From assembly GCA_032654565.1 (NCBI GenBank), contig JAULAX010000015.1, positions 960,001 to 1,024,000 of the forward strand: a DNA stretch of 64,000 nucleotides, in the 5' to 3' direction. The position numbers were made by a program, and so were the translations under genes. This DNA is from Anaeromyxobacteraceae bacterium. Its GTDB lineage: Bacteria > Myxococcota > Myxococcia > Myxococcales > Anaeromyxobacteraceae. Positions 41,265-49,932 of the stretch are shown here, piece after piece. Every line of letters starts with the position of its first letter. The first letter of the stretch is position 1. Below the pieces are notes generated by a model. The model was given only the letters and a program-made list of their open reading frames with translations, did no database searches and was not told the DNA's origin.

Positions 41265-43070
41265 TCAGAAGTCGACGTGGAACCGGTCGGCGGCGGCGTC
41301 CTGCCAGTCGCGGATGGCGCCGAAGGCGTCCTTGACCCGGCTGCGCTCGATGGCGCTGAGCGAGGAGAGGGCGATGGTGCTGGTGAGCGGCATCCCGGCC
41401 GCGGTCATCCCCAGCTGCAGCCGCAGCCGCAGGCCGAGCAGGAACCGGTAGGCCTCGGTCATGGTGGCCAGGGCGTCCTCGTCGAGGAGCCCGGCCCGCT
41501 GGGCCGCCTGGAGCCGCTCGATGGTGCTGCGCGCCCGGCTGCCCGCCTCCAGGGCGTAGCGCCGGGCCAGGCCGACGATGGGGCGGATGCCGCTGGCCTT
41601 GAGGTCCACCGTGGAGGACGCGCCGCGCAGCCGCAGCAGCAGCTGCGGTGGGGGGCGCGCCTGGAGCGCGTCCCTGGCCAGCAGCCGGAGGAAGACCGGC
41701 TTGCCGGCCGCGGCGACGACGATGCGGTCGAGCGGCTCGAGGTCGAGGTCGCCGCCCACCTTGCGGTAGTCGAAGAAGATGGAGGCCACCAGCAGGGCCT
41801 GGGGGGTGGGCACGTCGGTCCAGCCGGTGAAGCGCTCGGTCCACTCGGTCAGCGTCCCGTGCCAGGCCACCGCCATGTAGCCGCCGGGGCAGGGCGGGAA
41901 GCCGGCCTTCTCCAGGTCGCCGTTGACCAGGGCCGCGAAGGCCTGGAACCACTCGCGGTGGCCGCTCCCCTCGTCGGCGTAGACCAGGGCGTTGTCCTGG
42001 TCGGTGAGCAGGGTCTGCTCCATGCGCCCCTCCGAACCGAAGGCGATCCAGGCGAAGGGGGCGGGCGGCGCGCCCAGGTCGGCCACCGCCCAGTGCAGCA
42101 GGCGGCGCAGCAGGGCGTCGTTGAGCCGGGCCACCAGCCCGGCGATGGCCATGGGATCGAGGCCGCCGGCCAGCAGCGCCGCCACCATCTCGGTGACCCG
42201 GGTGGAATAGCCACCCAGGCTGCCGCGCGACTCCAGCCCCTCGACGCTGCGCAGCACCGCCACCGGCCCCTGGGCGGTGCTCCGCAGGATGTCGGTGGAG
42301 GTGAGGACGCCGATCACCGTCCCGTCCCGGGTGACCGGGAGGTGGTGGACCCGGGCGTCGAGCAGCTCGGTCCAGACCTGGTAGATGGGGGTCTCGGCGG
42401 CCACGGTGAGGAGGGGACGGGAGAAGACCCGGGTCACCGGCACGTCGGAGCCGAGCCCGCCCGCCAGCACCCGGTTGCGGAAGTCGCGGTCGGTGACGAT
42501 GCCGGGCGGCTCGGTGCGCACCAGCACCGAGGAGATGCCGGCGGCGCTCATCACCCGCGCCGCCTCGGCCACGGTGGTCTCCGGCGCCACCCAGACCGGC
42601 GGCCCTCGCAGCAGCTGCCCCACCGGCATGGCCAGGTCGGGCTGGAAGGTGGCCACCGGGGAGTGCTCCAGGCTGGCCTTGAGCCGCTCCGAGAGCTGCC
42701 CGGCGAAGTGGCCGGCGAAGCTGGCGTCGGCCAGCAGGAGGTGGAAGACCTCGGCCGGGATCCGGTAGGCCAGCAGGTCCTCATCGACGTAGACGTCGAG
42801 CGTGGCCTTCCCGGTGATCAGGGAGGTGTAGCCGAAGGCCTCCCCCTCCTCGAGCACCTGCAGCGTCTGGCCGTCCCGCTCGATGTGGACCGCCCCCTTG
42901 CGGATGACGTAGAGGTGGGCGAGCGGCTCCCCGCCGACCCGGCCGAGCCGGGTCCCCTTCTCGAACAGCCCCACCTCCAGCTTCCCGGCCACCGCCTCGA
43001 AGAGCGCCGCCGGCAGGGCGTGGAACGGGGAGATGCCCCGCAGGTACGCCACGGGATCGATGGTGGGCAC
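41265..43070 (-). CDS. cNMP-CBS-CBS-nucleotidyltransferase (DUF294) protein, copy 2
   Basis: Colinear paralogue of 27012..28814 with identical GSEGRMEQTLLTDQDNALV, PPGIVTDRDFRNRVLA and FGYTSLITGKATLDV. Confidence 0.9.
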   Translation of the reverse strand: MPTIDPVAYLRGISPFHALPAALFEAVAGKLEVGLFEKGTRLGRVGGEPLAHLYVIRKGAVHIERDGQTLQVLEEGEAFGYTSLITGKATLDVYVDEDLLAYRIPAEVFHLLLADASFAGHFAGQLSERLKASLEHSPVATFQPDLAMPVGQLLRGPPVWVAPETTVAEAARVMSAAGISSVLVRTEPPGIVTDRDFRNRVLAGGLGSDVPVTRVFSRPLLTVAAETPIYQVWTELLDARVHHLPVTRDGTVIGVLTSTDILRSTAQGPVAVLRSVEGLESRGSLGGYSTRVTEMVAALLAGGLDPMAIAGLVARLNDALLRRLLHWAVADLGAPPAPFAWIAFGSEGRMEQTLLTDQDNALVYADEGSGHREWFQAFAALVNGDLEKAGFPPCPGGYMAVAWHGTLTEWTERFTGWTDVPTPQALLVASIFFDYRKVGGDLDLEPLDRIVVAAAGKPVFLRLLARDALQARPPPQLLLRLRGASSTVDLKASGIRPIVGLARRYALEAGSRARSTIERLQAAQRAGLLDEDALATMTEAYRFLLGLRLRLQLGMTAAGMPLTSTIALSSLSAIERSRVKDAFGAIRDWQDAAADRFHVDF

Positions 43071-43090
43071 GGCCTGGACGCTACCACGGC

Positions 43091-43117
43091 GCCGCGCCCC
43101 CGCAGCGAGGGCGCGGC
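43091..43117 (-). terminator. GC-rich hairpin downstream of the 142-aa gene
   Basis: GCCGCGCCC...GGGCGCGGC inverted repeat; no U tract. Confidence 0.35.
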
Positions 43118-43127
43118 CCGGACCAGA

Positions 43128-43556
43128 CTAGTCGGTCTCGTGGATGATCTTCTGCAGGTCGGCCTCCATCGCCGCCGACCCGATCACCACCACGGTCTTG
43201 CCGCCGATCACCCAGTCGAAGCGCGGTTGGTCCTTGTTCCTGGACCAGGCCTCGCCGAGGTGGCCGGAGATGGTCTTCATCTGCCGGTCGCTGAGCTTCT
43301 TGGCCTTCATCAGGGTCTTGAAGTTGTGCTCCTCGGCCCCCTCGAACCAGACCACGCCGAAGGTCTCGGGGGGGGCGCCGATGTAGACGTAGATGGCCCG
43401 CTCGCCCGGGATGAACTCCATGGCGCCCTGCACCTTCTTCACGAACGGCTCGAGCACGGCGGCGCTGGCGGCCAGCCGGACCGCGCCCGGCGTGGTGGGG
43501 TCGAGCGGCGGGTGCTTCGGCTTCTCGGTTCCAAACAGCTTGCCCAGGAATCCCAT
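43128..43556 (-). CDS. Uncharacterised soluble 142-aa protein
   Basis: ATG 43556 with AAGGAG RBS; MGFLGKLFGTEKPKHPPL...YVYIGAPPETFGVVWF; strong GC3 codon pattern. Confidence 0.8.
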   Translation of the reverse strand: MGFLGKLFGTEKPKHPPLDPTTPGAVRLAASAAVLEPFVKKVQGAMEFIPGERAIYVYIGAPPETFGVVWFEGAEEHNFKTLMKAKKLSDRQMKTISGHLGEAWSRNKDQPRFDWVIGGKTVVVIGSAAMEADLQKIIHETD

Positions 43557-43580
43557 GGTTGCGCTCCTTGTTGGTTCACC

Positions 43581-43627
43581 AAAGCAAAGGGCCGCCCTGA
43601 AGGAACTTCTCCTCCAGGCAGCGGCCC
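43581..43627 (-). terminator. Intrinsic terminator (expression platform) in the 5' leader
   Basis: GGGCCGC-TG-CCTGGAGGA/GAAGT/TCCTTCAGG-GCGGCCC followed by TTTGCTTT, 25 nt before ATG 43556. Confidence 0.75.
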
Positions 43628-43667
43628 GGCTGCCCATTCGCCTCCGGGGGAGCACCCCGGACCCAGT
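43620..43667 (-). ncRNA. Candidate nhaA-I-type (Li+-I / Na+-II) riboswitch aptamer
   Basis: GGGU-[CCGGGG-UGCUC-CCCCGG]-AGGC-N8-AGCCGGGCCGC matches my recollection of the nhaA-I consensus; its 3' end overlaps the terminator 5' strand. Confidence 0.6.
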
Positions 43668-43671
43668 GGTC

Positions 43672-43700
43672 ATCATTCGCTGCTCTTCGCTACCAGTCAA
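43672..43700 (-). promoter_or_regulatory. sigma70 promoter driving the riboswitch leader
   Basis: TTGACT-17 nt-AATGAT; predicted start at about 43665, right at the aptamer 5' end. Confidence 0.55.
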
Positions 43701-43721
43701 CCCCTTCCAGGCCGGCGAGCC

Positions 43722-44009
43722 TCACGGCACCGGCGCCGGCTGCGCCAGGCGGTGCAGCGCGATGGAGAGCATCCAGGCCAGCGCCACCACCAGGAAGGAC
43801 ATCCTGAAGACCCGCTCCATCGGCGTCCCCGGCGCCATGCCCCTGGCCACCAGCCGGGTGACCGGGGAGCAGACCACGCGGAAGAAGTACCTGAGCTTGC
43901 TGTCGGGCTGCGTGCTGCGCCGCTCCACCAGCCAGCCGAGGCCGACGTAGATCAGCACCATGAAGGCGACCAGCCGGAGCAGCGTGAGGACGGCGAAGAG
44001 CGTCGGCAT
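43722..44009 (-). CDS. Small two-TM membrane protein (YggT-like pattern)
   Basis: TM - FFRVVCSPVTRLV - TM; follows the SSS gene. Confidence 0.55.
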   Translation of the reverse strand: MPTLFAVLTLLRLVAFMVLIYVGLGWLVERRSTQPDSKLRYFFRVVCSPVTRLVARGMAPGTPMERVFRMSFLVVALAWMLSIALHRLAQPAPVP

Positions 44010-44029
44010 CTAATCGGGGGAGACGGCGA

Positions 44030-44058
44030 GCGGGGTGGAGGATGGCCCTCCACCCCGC
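44030..44058 (-). terminator. 12-bp hairpin after the SSS gene (terminator or mRNA stabiliser)
   Basis: GCGGGGTGGAGG-ATGGC-CCTCCACCCCGC; no clear U tract. Confidence 0.5.
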
Positions 44059-44069
44059 CAGCACGAATC

Positions 44070-45974
44070 CTAGTGACCGGCGTTGACGGCGGCCGAGGCG
44101 CCACCCGTCTTCGGGTAGCGGACCGAGACCACCAGGTCCTGGACCTCCTGCGGCGGCGGGGCCGTCATCAGGGAGACGATCCAGATGGTGAGGAACCCGG
44201 CGGGGATGCCGAAGACGCCCGAGGCCACGGTGTTGGTGTTGAACCACTGCAGCCCGTAGAAGCGGCTCCCCACCATGTAGAACAGCGTCAGCCCCAGGCC
44301 GACCACCATGCCGGCCACGGCGCCGGCCTTGTTGGCCCGCTTCCACCAGATGCCCATGACGAGCGCCGGGAAGAAGGAGGCGGCACCCAGGCTGAAGGCC
44401 CAGGCCACCATCTCGACGATGATGGCCAGGCGGGCCGTCGCCACCCAGGCGGCGATCAGCGCGGTCACGATCAGGAAGACCTTGGTGATGGTGAGGCGGC
44501 GGAGCAGCGTCGCCTTGGGGTTGATGACGTTGAAGTACAGGTCGTGGGAGATGGCGTTGGCGATGGTGAGCAGCAGGCCGTCGGCGGTGGAGAGGGCGGC
44601 GGCCAGGCCGCCGGCCATGACCAGGCCGGTGATGACGAAGGGCAGGCCGGCGATCTCCGGGGTGGCGAGCACCACGAAGTCGGTGCTCTTCACCACGAAG
44701 TCGGAGTACTGCACGATGCCATCCCCCAGCTTGTCGACCACGCTGAAGAGGCCGGCCGGCGCCCAGAGGTTGACCCAGGCCGGCAGGCTCGACACGCTCT
44801 GGCCCACCAGGCCGGAGAAGACGGCGTCACGGGCGAAGGCCGCATAGGCCGGCGCCGTGAAGTAGAGCAGGAAGATGAAGAAGAGCGACCAGCCCACCGA
44901 GGTGCGGGCTTCGCGCACCGACGGCGTGGTGTAGTAGCGGGTCAGGATGTGCGGCAGCCCGGCGGTGCCGACCATGAGGCAGAAGGTCAGGGCCAGGAAG
45001 TTCCACATCCCCTTGCCGGTGGGCGGGACCAGGTAGTTCTCCCACTTGGCGCCCGGCTTGGCCAGCGGCGTGGCCTGCTTGTCGGCGGTGGCCTTGGCGG
45101 CCTTGAGCTTGTCGGTGTCGGCCGCGGCCAGGCCCGGCGCCTTGAGCTTCTCGGCGATCTCCTTCGACTCCTCCGCCCACTTGGCCCGGGTGGCGACCTC
45201 GCCGGCGTCGGTGACCAGCTGGACGGCGCGGGTGTTGTTCTTCTGGAGCAGCTGGCCGTAGGTCAGCTCCGGCACCGGGATGACGAAGAGCTTGAACGAC
45301 AGCACCGCCACCGGGACGATGTAGGAGGTGATGAGGATGATGTACTGGGCCACCTGGGTCCAGGTCACCGCCTTCATGCCGCCGAGCACCGAGCAGAAGA
45401 GCACGCCGATCAGGCCGGCGAAGACGCCGACGTTGAAGTCCAGGCCGATGAAGCGGGAGACGATCAGGCCGACGCCGGTCACCTGGGCGATGAGGTAGGT
45501 GAAGGAGGCGAGGATGGCCGCCACGATGCCGATGATGCGGGTGGTGTGCCCCTGGTAGCGGGCGCCGAGGAAGTCGGGGATGGTGTAGGCGCCGAACTGG
45601 CGCAGGTACGGGCCGAGGAAGACGGCCAGCAGCAGGTAGCCGCCGGTCCAGCCCATCACGTAGGCCAGGCCGCTGAAGCCCTGCGCCGAGAGGGCGCCGG
45701 CCATGGAGATGAAGGAGGCCGCCGACATCCAGTCCGAGCCGGTGGCCATGCCGTTGTAGATGGCGGGGACGCCGCGGCCGGCCACGTAGTACTGGTCGGC
45801 GTCGGAGGTGCGGGTGGCGATGCCGATGAAGAGGTAGATGCCCATCGACAGGGCCATGAAGATCCAGCCGATGTAGCGGTTGGAGAGGCCGAAGACCTGC
45901 TCGGCCACGCCGATCAGGGCGGTGACCGCCAGGAAGCCGATGGTGTAGAGCGTGAACAGTTTCTTGAGGTTCAT
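44070..45974 (-). CDS. Sodium:solute symporter, ActP-related (VC_2705-type) large subunit
   Basis: YYVAGRGVPAIYNGMATGSDWMSAASFISMAG, GWTGGY, TWTQVAQY, GTAGLPHILTRYYT, AALSTADGLLL. Confidence 0.92.
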   Translation of the reverse strand: MNLKKLFTLYTIGFLAVTALIGVAEQVFGLSNRYIGWIFMALSMGIYLFIGIATRTSDADQYYVAGRGVPAIYNGMATGSDWMSAASFISMAGALSAQGFSGLAYVMGWTGGYLLLAVFLGPYLRQFGAYTIPDFLGARYQGHTTRIIGIVAAILASFTYLIAQVTGVGLIVSRFIGLDFNVGVFAGLIGVLFCSVLGGMKAVTWTQVAQYIILITSYIVPVAVLSFKLFVIPVPELTYGQLLQKNNTRAVQLVTDAGEVATRAKWAEESKEIAEKLKAPGLAAADTDKLKAAKATADKQATPLAKPGAKWENYLVPPTGKGMWNFLALTFCLMVGTAGLPHILTRYYTTPSVREARTSVGWSLFFIFLLYFTAPAYAAFARDAVFSGLVGQSVSSLPAWVNLWAPAGLFSVVDKLGDGIVQYSDFVVKSTDFVVLATPEIAGLPFVITGLVMAGGLAAALSTADGLLLTIANAISHDLYFNVINPKATLLRRLTITKVFLIVTALIAAWVATARLAIIVEMVAWAFSLGAASFFPALVMGIWWKRANKAGAVAGMVVGLGLTLFYMVGSRFYGLQWFNTNTVASGVFGIPAGFLTIWIVSLMTAPPPQEVQDLVVSVRYPKTGGASAAVNAGH

Positions 45975-45975
45975 G

Positions 45976-46245
45976 TCAGGCGTCCTCTCGAATGCCGTAC
46001 TCGAGGTCCTTGGCGTTCATCAGCTTGGCGTAGACGGCGATCTCGATGACGAAGATGGCCAGCGAGCCCTGCGCGGCGATCCAGTAGCCGAGCGGGAAGC
46101 CGGCGATGACCACCTCGTTCAGGTCCGCAGCGAACCAACCGCCAAGCAGGTAGGTCACCACGAACCAGATCACCAGCAGGATGGTGGTGAGCTTGAGGTT
46201 GTAGGACCAGTATTCGTCTTTCTGTTGCTGGGTCAGGTCAGACAT
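45976..46245 (-). CDS. DUF4212 solute:sodium symporter small subunit
   Basis: YWSYNLKL, LLVIWFVV, GFPLGYWIAAQGS, YAKLMNAKDLEYG. Confidence 0.9.
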   Translation of the reverse strand: MSDLTQQQKDEYWSYNLKLTTILLVIWFVVTYLLGGWFAADLNEVVIAGFPLGYWIAAQGSLAIFVIEIAVYAKLMNAKDLEYGIREDA

Positions 46246-46372
46246 AGGTCTCCATCTGGTTCGAGTGGCAGAGTCGGCGTCGGGGGGCTAAGTCAGAAAA
46301 CGAAGGATCGCCTCGGGTCGAGCGTGAAGGTCGCACCTGCACCTGCATGGCAGCTTGTTTCAGTTGGAACTT

Positions 46373-46401
46373 TTGTTAACACACCCATTATGGGCGTGCA
46401 A
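46373..46401 (-). promoter_or_regulatory. Putative promoter with an overlapping palindrome upstream of DUF4212-SSS
   Basis: TTGCAC-17 nt-TAACAA on the minus strand; CACACCCAT-T-ATGGGCGTG inverted repeat at 46380-46398. Confidence 0.4.
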
Positions 46402-46520
46402 TCCCTGCGGCGTGGCGAACTGACTGCGCGCATCTATTGCGCTGCGTCATAAGTGGCTCGTTCGAGAAGAGGCTCCCAGAACAAAACCGTCCGACAAACA
46501 GCACGTTACGATCGATCTTG

Positions 46521-47117
46521 CTATCGCAGGTCGCGGAGGGTTCGGGCGCCCAGGGCCAGCCGGAGCTTGAGAAACAGCTCGGCGGTGGCGATGGCGTCGG
46601 TGAGCGCATCGTGGGCCTGGTACTCGGGCAGACCGTGGTGGCGCCGGGCCCGGGACAGGTTGAGCGGGAGCTGGTCGTTGGCCAGCTCCGGGTTGCCCAG
46701 ACGCCCCACCCGGAGGATCAGGTCAACGGTGTCCACCACCCGCGGCGATGGCCAGGCCAGCCCGGAGCGCTTGAACTCCCGGCGGAGGAAGGCCACGTCC
46801 ACCCCCTTCTGGTGAACCAGCAGCACGCCGTCGCCGAGCCGCCGCTCCAACTCCGGGAGGACCTCCTCCAGTGGCGGTGCAGCGGCCACATCTCCCCACA
46901 GCAGCTGGTGGGCGGCCACCGACGCCGGGTCGATCACCCCGCCGTCGCGCGGCCGGACCAGCGTCCGGTAGGCCTCGCCGAGGTGGATGATGCCAGCCCG
47001 GATGGGGACCATCCCCACCGCCAGGATGGGGTCACGCCTCGGGTCGAGGCCGCCGGTCTCGAGATCGAGCGCCCAGTAGGTGACCTGGTCCCACGGGGGT
47101 GATCGAAAGGAGAACAC
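46521..47117 (-). CDS. Stand-alone DEDDh 3'-5' exonuclease-fold protein, copy 2
   Basis: LDLETGGLDPRRDPI, HQKGVDVAFL, HDALTDAIATAELF; paralogue of 28852..29451. Confidence 0.88.
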   Translation of the reverse strand: MFSFRSPPWDQVTYWALDLETGGLDPRRDPILAVGMVPIRAGIIHLGEAYRTLVRPRDGGVIDPASVAAHQLLWGDVAAAPPLEEVLPELERRLGDGVLLVHQKGVDVAFLRREFKRSGLAWPSPRVVDTVDLILRVGRLGNPELANDQLPLNLSRARRHHGLPEYQAHDALTDAIATAELFLKLRLALGARTLRDLR

Positions 47118-47138
47118 CGGGCCCCGCCTCCACGACCG

Positions 47139-47504
47139 TCACGGGAGCTTGTTGTAGCCGAGCTCGCCGGCCAGGAAGGCGATGCCGGCGATCATCCCGG
47201 AGAGGCTTCCGATGCCGATCCAGGTGACCAGGAAGTAGGGCACGGCCAGCGTCCAGCGCAGCCAGGGCGGGGTGGCGTGACCGAAGGCCGCCTTGCCGGT
47301 GGCGTACTCGAGGGCGTTCCAGGCCACCAGGGCCGCGCACAGCGACCAGGCCAGCACGTCGAGGGCGGTGAGCTCTTCCAGCCGGGGGAACTTGCGGATC
47401 ATGCTCCAGGCGAGGATGGGCATGGCCAGCAGGAAGGCGACGCCGACCCGCAGGATGGCCCGGTTCTCTCCGGGGATGGGCAGCCCCTCGTTGGTCGGTT
47501 CCAT
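47139..47504 (-). CDS. Hypothetical membrane protein
   Basis: AAGGAG RBS; 3-4 hydrophobic segments. Confidence 0.65.
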   Translation of the reverse strand: MEPTNEGLPIPGENRAILRVGVAFLLAMPILAWSMIRKFPRLEELTALDVLAWSLCAALVAWNALEYATGKAAFGHATPPWLRWTLAVPYFLVTWIGIGSLSGMIAGIAFLAGELGYNKLP

Positions 47505-47513
47505 GGAATCTCC

Positions 47514-48887
47514 TTACCGGACCGGCGCGGTGATGGCGGCGGGGGCGGGCAGGGCGCCCCCCTTGGGCGTCGGGTGCCAGCCCAGCGTCAGCAGCAGGAC
47601 GGCGAAGCCGACCACGTAGGCGACGGCCACGTACCAGCCCTCCTTGACCCAGCGCCCCACCGAGCGGGCCTCCGGGTAGAGGGTGGTGATGGCCACGCCG
47701 GCCGAGGAGCCGAACCAGATCATCGAGCCGCCGAAACCGACGGCGTAGGCCAGGAAGCCCCAGTCGTAGCCCCCCTGCTGGAGCGCCAGCTTGGTGAGCG
47801 GGATGTTGTCGAAGACCGCGGAGAGGAAGCCGAGCCCGAGCGTGGTCGGCCAGGAGGCGGCCGGGAGCTTCTCCACCGGCATCATCGAGGCGGCCATCAC
47901 CAGGGAGAGGAGGAAGAAGCTGCCCGGCGCCGCCTCGCGCAGCAACCCCCAGTCGGGCCGGCGCACCGAGGCGGTGAGCAGCAGCGCCGTCCAGACCGCG
48001 GCGCCGATCCAGGGGAAGAGGTCGGAGTACTCGGCGTAGCGCACGTTGACCAGCACGTTGATGACGATGGCCGAGACCAGCACGGTGGCCACGATCCCCA
48101 CCCGGGCCCAGTCGACCTTCGGCGCTCCCTCCGGGTCCTTGATGATGGGGGAGTAGCGCTGCTGCTGGATGGCGGCGGGGATGCCGAAGATCACCAGCGC
48201 CACGCCCGAGGCGATGAAGGCCTCCAGCACCGAGAGCGGGCTGACCTTGTCGATCCACATCATGGTGGTGGTGGTGTCGCCCACCACGCTGCCGGCCCCG
48301 CCGCCGTTGGAGGCGGCCACGATGGCGGCCAGGTAGCCGACCCGCACCTTGCCGCGGAAGAGGGTGTGGGCCATGGCCCCGCCGATCATGGCGGCGGCGA
48401 TGTTGTCGAGGAAGCTGGAGAGGACGAAGACGATCACCAGCATCGCGAAGGCCCCCTTCCAGTCGTCGGGGAGGTAGCGCGGCAGCAGCGCCGGCACGTG
48501 GCTCTTCTCGAAGTGGCGGGAGAGGAAGGCGAAGCCGGTCAGCAGCAGGAAGAGGTTGACCAGGATGACCCACTCCTTCCCGGCGTGGGCCACCAGCCCG
48601 CCCAACCCCGGCCCGGTGTCGAAGGGCGAGAAGCCGACCTTGAAGAGGGTGATGCAGAGCAGGCCGGCCACCGCCACCTGGAGCGTGTACTTGTGGAAGA
48701 GGGCGACGCCGAGCAGCGTCAGGCCGAAGAGGATGAAGTCGACCGGGACGCCGAGCAGCTGCGGTCCCTCGGCGGCGGCGCCGTGGGCGGCCGCGGCCAG
48801 GGCCGGGGCGAGGACCAGCGCCAGCGCGCCGAGCGCGCGGGAGGCCGGGCCGAGTTGCCGGCGCCGGGAGGGGCGAGGAGGGGTCAT
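47514..48887 (-). CDS. IT-superfamily ion transporter (NhaD/citrate transporter-like)
   Basis: ATG 48887 with AGGAG RBS; SSFLDNIAAA, SNGGGAGSVVGDTTTTMMW, SAVFDNIPL, GGSMIWFGSSAGVA. Confidence 0.85.
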   Translation of the reverse strand: MTPPRPSRRRQLGPASRALGALALVLAPALAAAAHGAAAEGPQLLGVPVDFILFGLTLLGVALFHKYTLQVAVAGLLCITLFKVGFSPFDTGPGLGGLVAHAGKEWVILVNLFLLLTGFAFLSRHFEKSHVPALLPRYLPDDWKGAFAMLVIVFVLSSFLDNIAAAMIGGAMAHTLFRGKVRVGYLAAIVAASNGGGAGSVVGDTTTTMMWIDKVSPLSVLEAFIASGVALVIFGIPAAIQQQRYSPIIKDPEGAPKVDWARVGIVATVLVSAIVINVLVNVRYAEYSDLFPWIGAAVWTALLLTASVRRPDWGLLREAAPGSFFLLSLVMAASMMPVEKLPAASWPTTLGLGFLSAVFDNIPLTKLALQQGGYDWGFLAYAVGFGGSMIWFGSSAGVAITTLYPEARSVGRWVKEGWYVAVAYVVGFAVLLLTLGWHPTPKGGALPAPAAITAPVR

Positions 48888-49045
48888 GGGCGCGACTCCT
48901 GTTGGACGGGGCGGGGTGGGGGGAGGTCCGCTCCCGCCAGCGTAGCAGGATGGTGCACCTGATGGTGCGGCAGGCGTCGGTCCCACCCCCGGTGTCACCG
49001 CGCCCCTCGCCGTGAGTGGCGGTCCCGGGCCCGGGCGGAGGGCGG

Positions 49046-49684
49046 TCAGGCCGGCGTCGGCTCGGCGCGCGCGATCTTCACGATCTGCCGGGCGATGTCC
49101 TCGGGCGACAGCACGTAGTCGACGAACCCGCTGGCGATGGCCGTCTCGGGCATGTCGGCGTGCTCGGCGGTCTCGGCCCGCTGCGCGATGGTGATGCCCC
49201 CGACCTCCTTGATGCCGCGGAGCGCGGCCGCCCCGTCGCCGTCGTAGCCGGAGACGATCACGGCGATGAGCTTTCCGTCCCAGTGCTCGGTGAGGGAGCG
49301 CAGGAAGATGGTGATGACGTCGGGCCAGCCCCGGGGCTTGGAGACGGGCTCGAGGCGGAACTCGCCGTCGAGGACGTGCAGGTCCCGCTGCTCCGGGATG
49401 ATGAACACGTGGTTCGGCTCGATGCGCAGCCGCTCGGTGATCAGCTCGACCGGCATGGCCGTGTAGCGCGGGAGGATCTCGTGGAGCAGGGTGGCCACCG
49501 TCCGCGCGTGGTTGACGATGACGACGGCCACGCCCATGTCGGCCGGGAGGTGGCGGAGCAGGCGGATGTAGGCGTCGAGGCCGCCAGCCGATCCGCCCAC
49601 GCAGACCACGGGGAAGTCCCGCCTGGAGGCGGCCGCGGCCGGCTCGGGGCGTCGAGGCTCGTCGTCGGTGGTCCTGGTCTCCAC
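49046..49684 (-). CDS. Stand-alone CheB-type methylesterase domain
   Basis: GTG 49684 after GGGAGG; VCVGGSAGG (Ser), IVNH (His), VSGYDGDG (Asp), MPETAI; no REC domain. Confidence 0.85.
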   Translation of the reverse strand: METRTTDDEPRRPEPAAAASRRDFPVVCVGGSAGGLDAYIRLLRHLPADMGVAVVIVNHARTVATLLHEILPRYTAMPVELITERLRIEPNHVFIIPEQRDLHVLDGEFRLEPVSKPRGWPDVITIFLRSLTEHWDGKLIAVIVSGYDGDGAAALRGIKEVGGITIAQRAETAEHADMPETAIASGFVDYVLSPEDIARQIVKIARAEPTPA

Positions 49685-49932
49685 GGTCGACCTCCCTGGC
49701 TCCTGCGGCGAGCCGCGGACCGCCGCGCGCGCAGGGGCCCAGCCCACTTCACGCTGCAAGCCGCCGGCCACCGCGGCGCCTGGCTCCAGGCCGCCACCCC
49801 GGCGAATTCACGGTGTTCGCCGGCTCGGCGCCTGGAGGCGGTCCGATCGCAAACGTTCACGAACGGGCGCCGTCGTCCACCGGCGCCGGGGCGCACCGGA
49901 CCGCCCGCCACCGCTCCTTGGCGTGAGGGGCC

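Noticed and set aside
39915..46049. 2044-aa plus-strand ORF and other very long track ORFs (e.g. 17665..21330, 34622..37939, 14621..17611)
   Set aside because: Antisense or off-frame shadows of well-supported genes. Stop codons are scarce at this GC content, and the translations carry no family motifs.
48949..48970. NtrC-like site TGCACC-TGA-TGGTGCG upstream of the IT-family transporter; also looked for a second cation riboswitch here
   Set aside because: The site is one base shorter than the NtrC dyad, no sigma54 promoter is visible, and there is no GGGU...GGGCCGC pattern.
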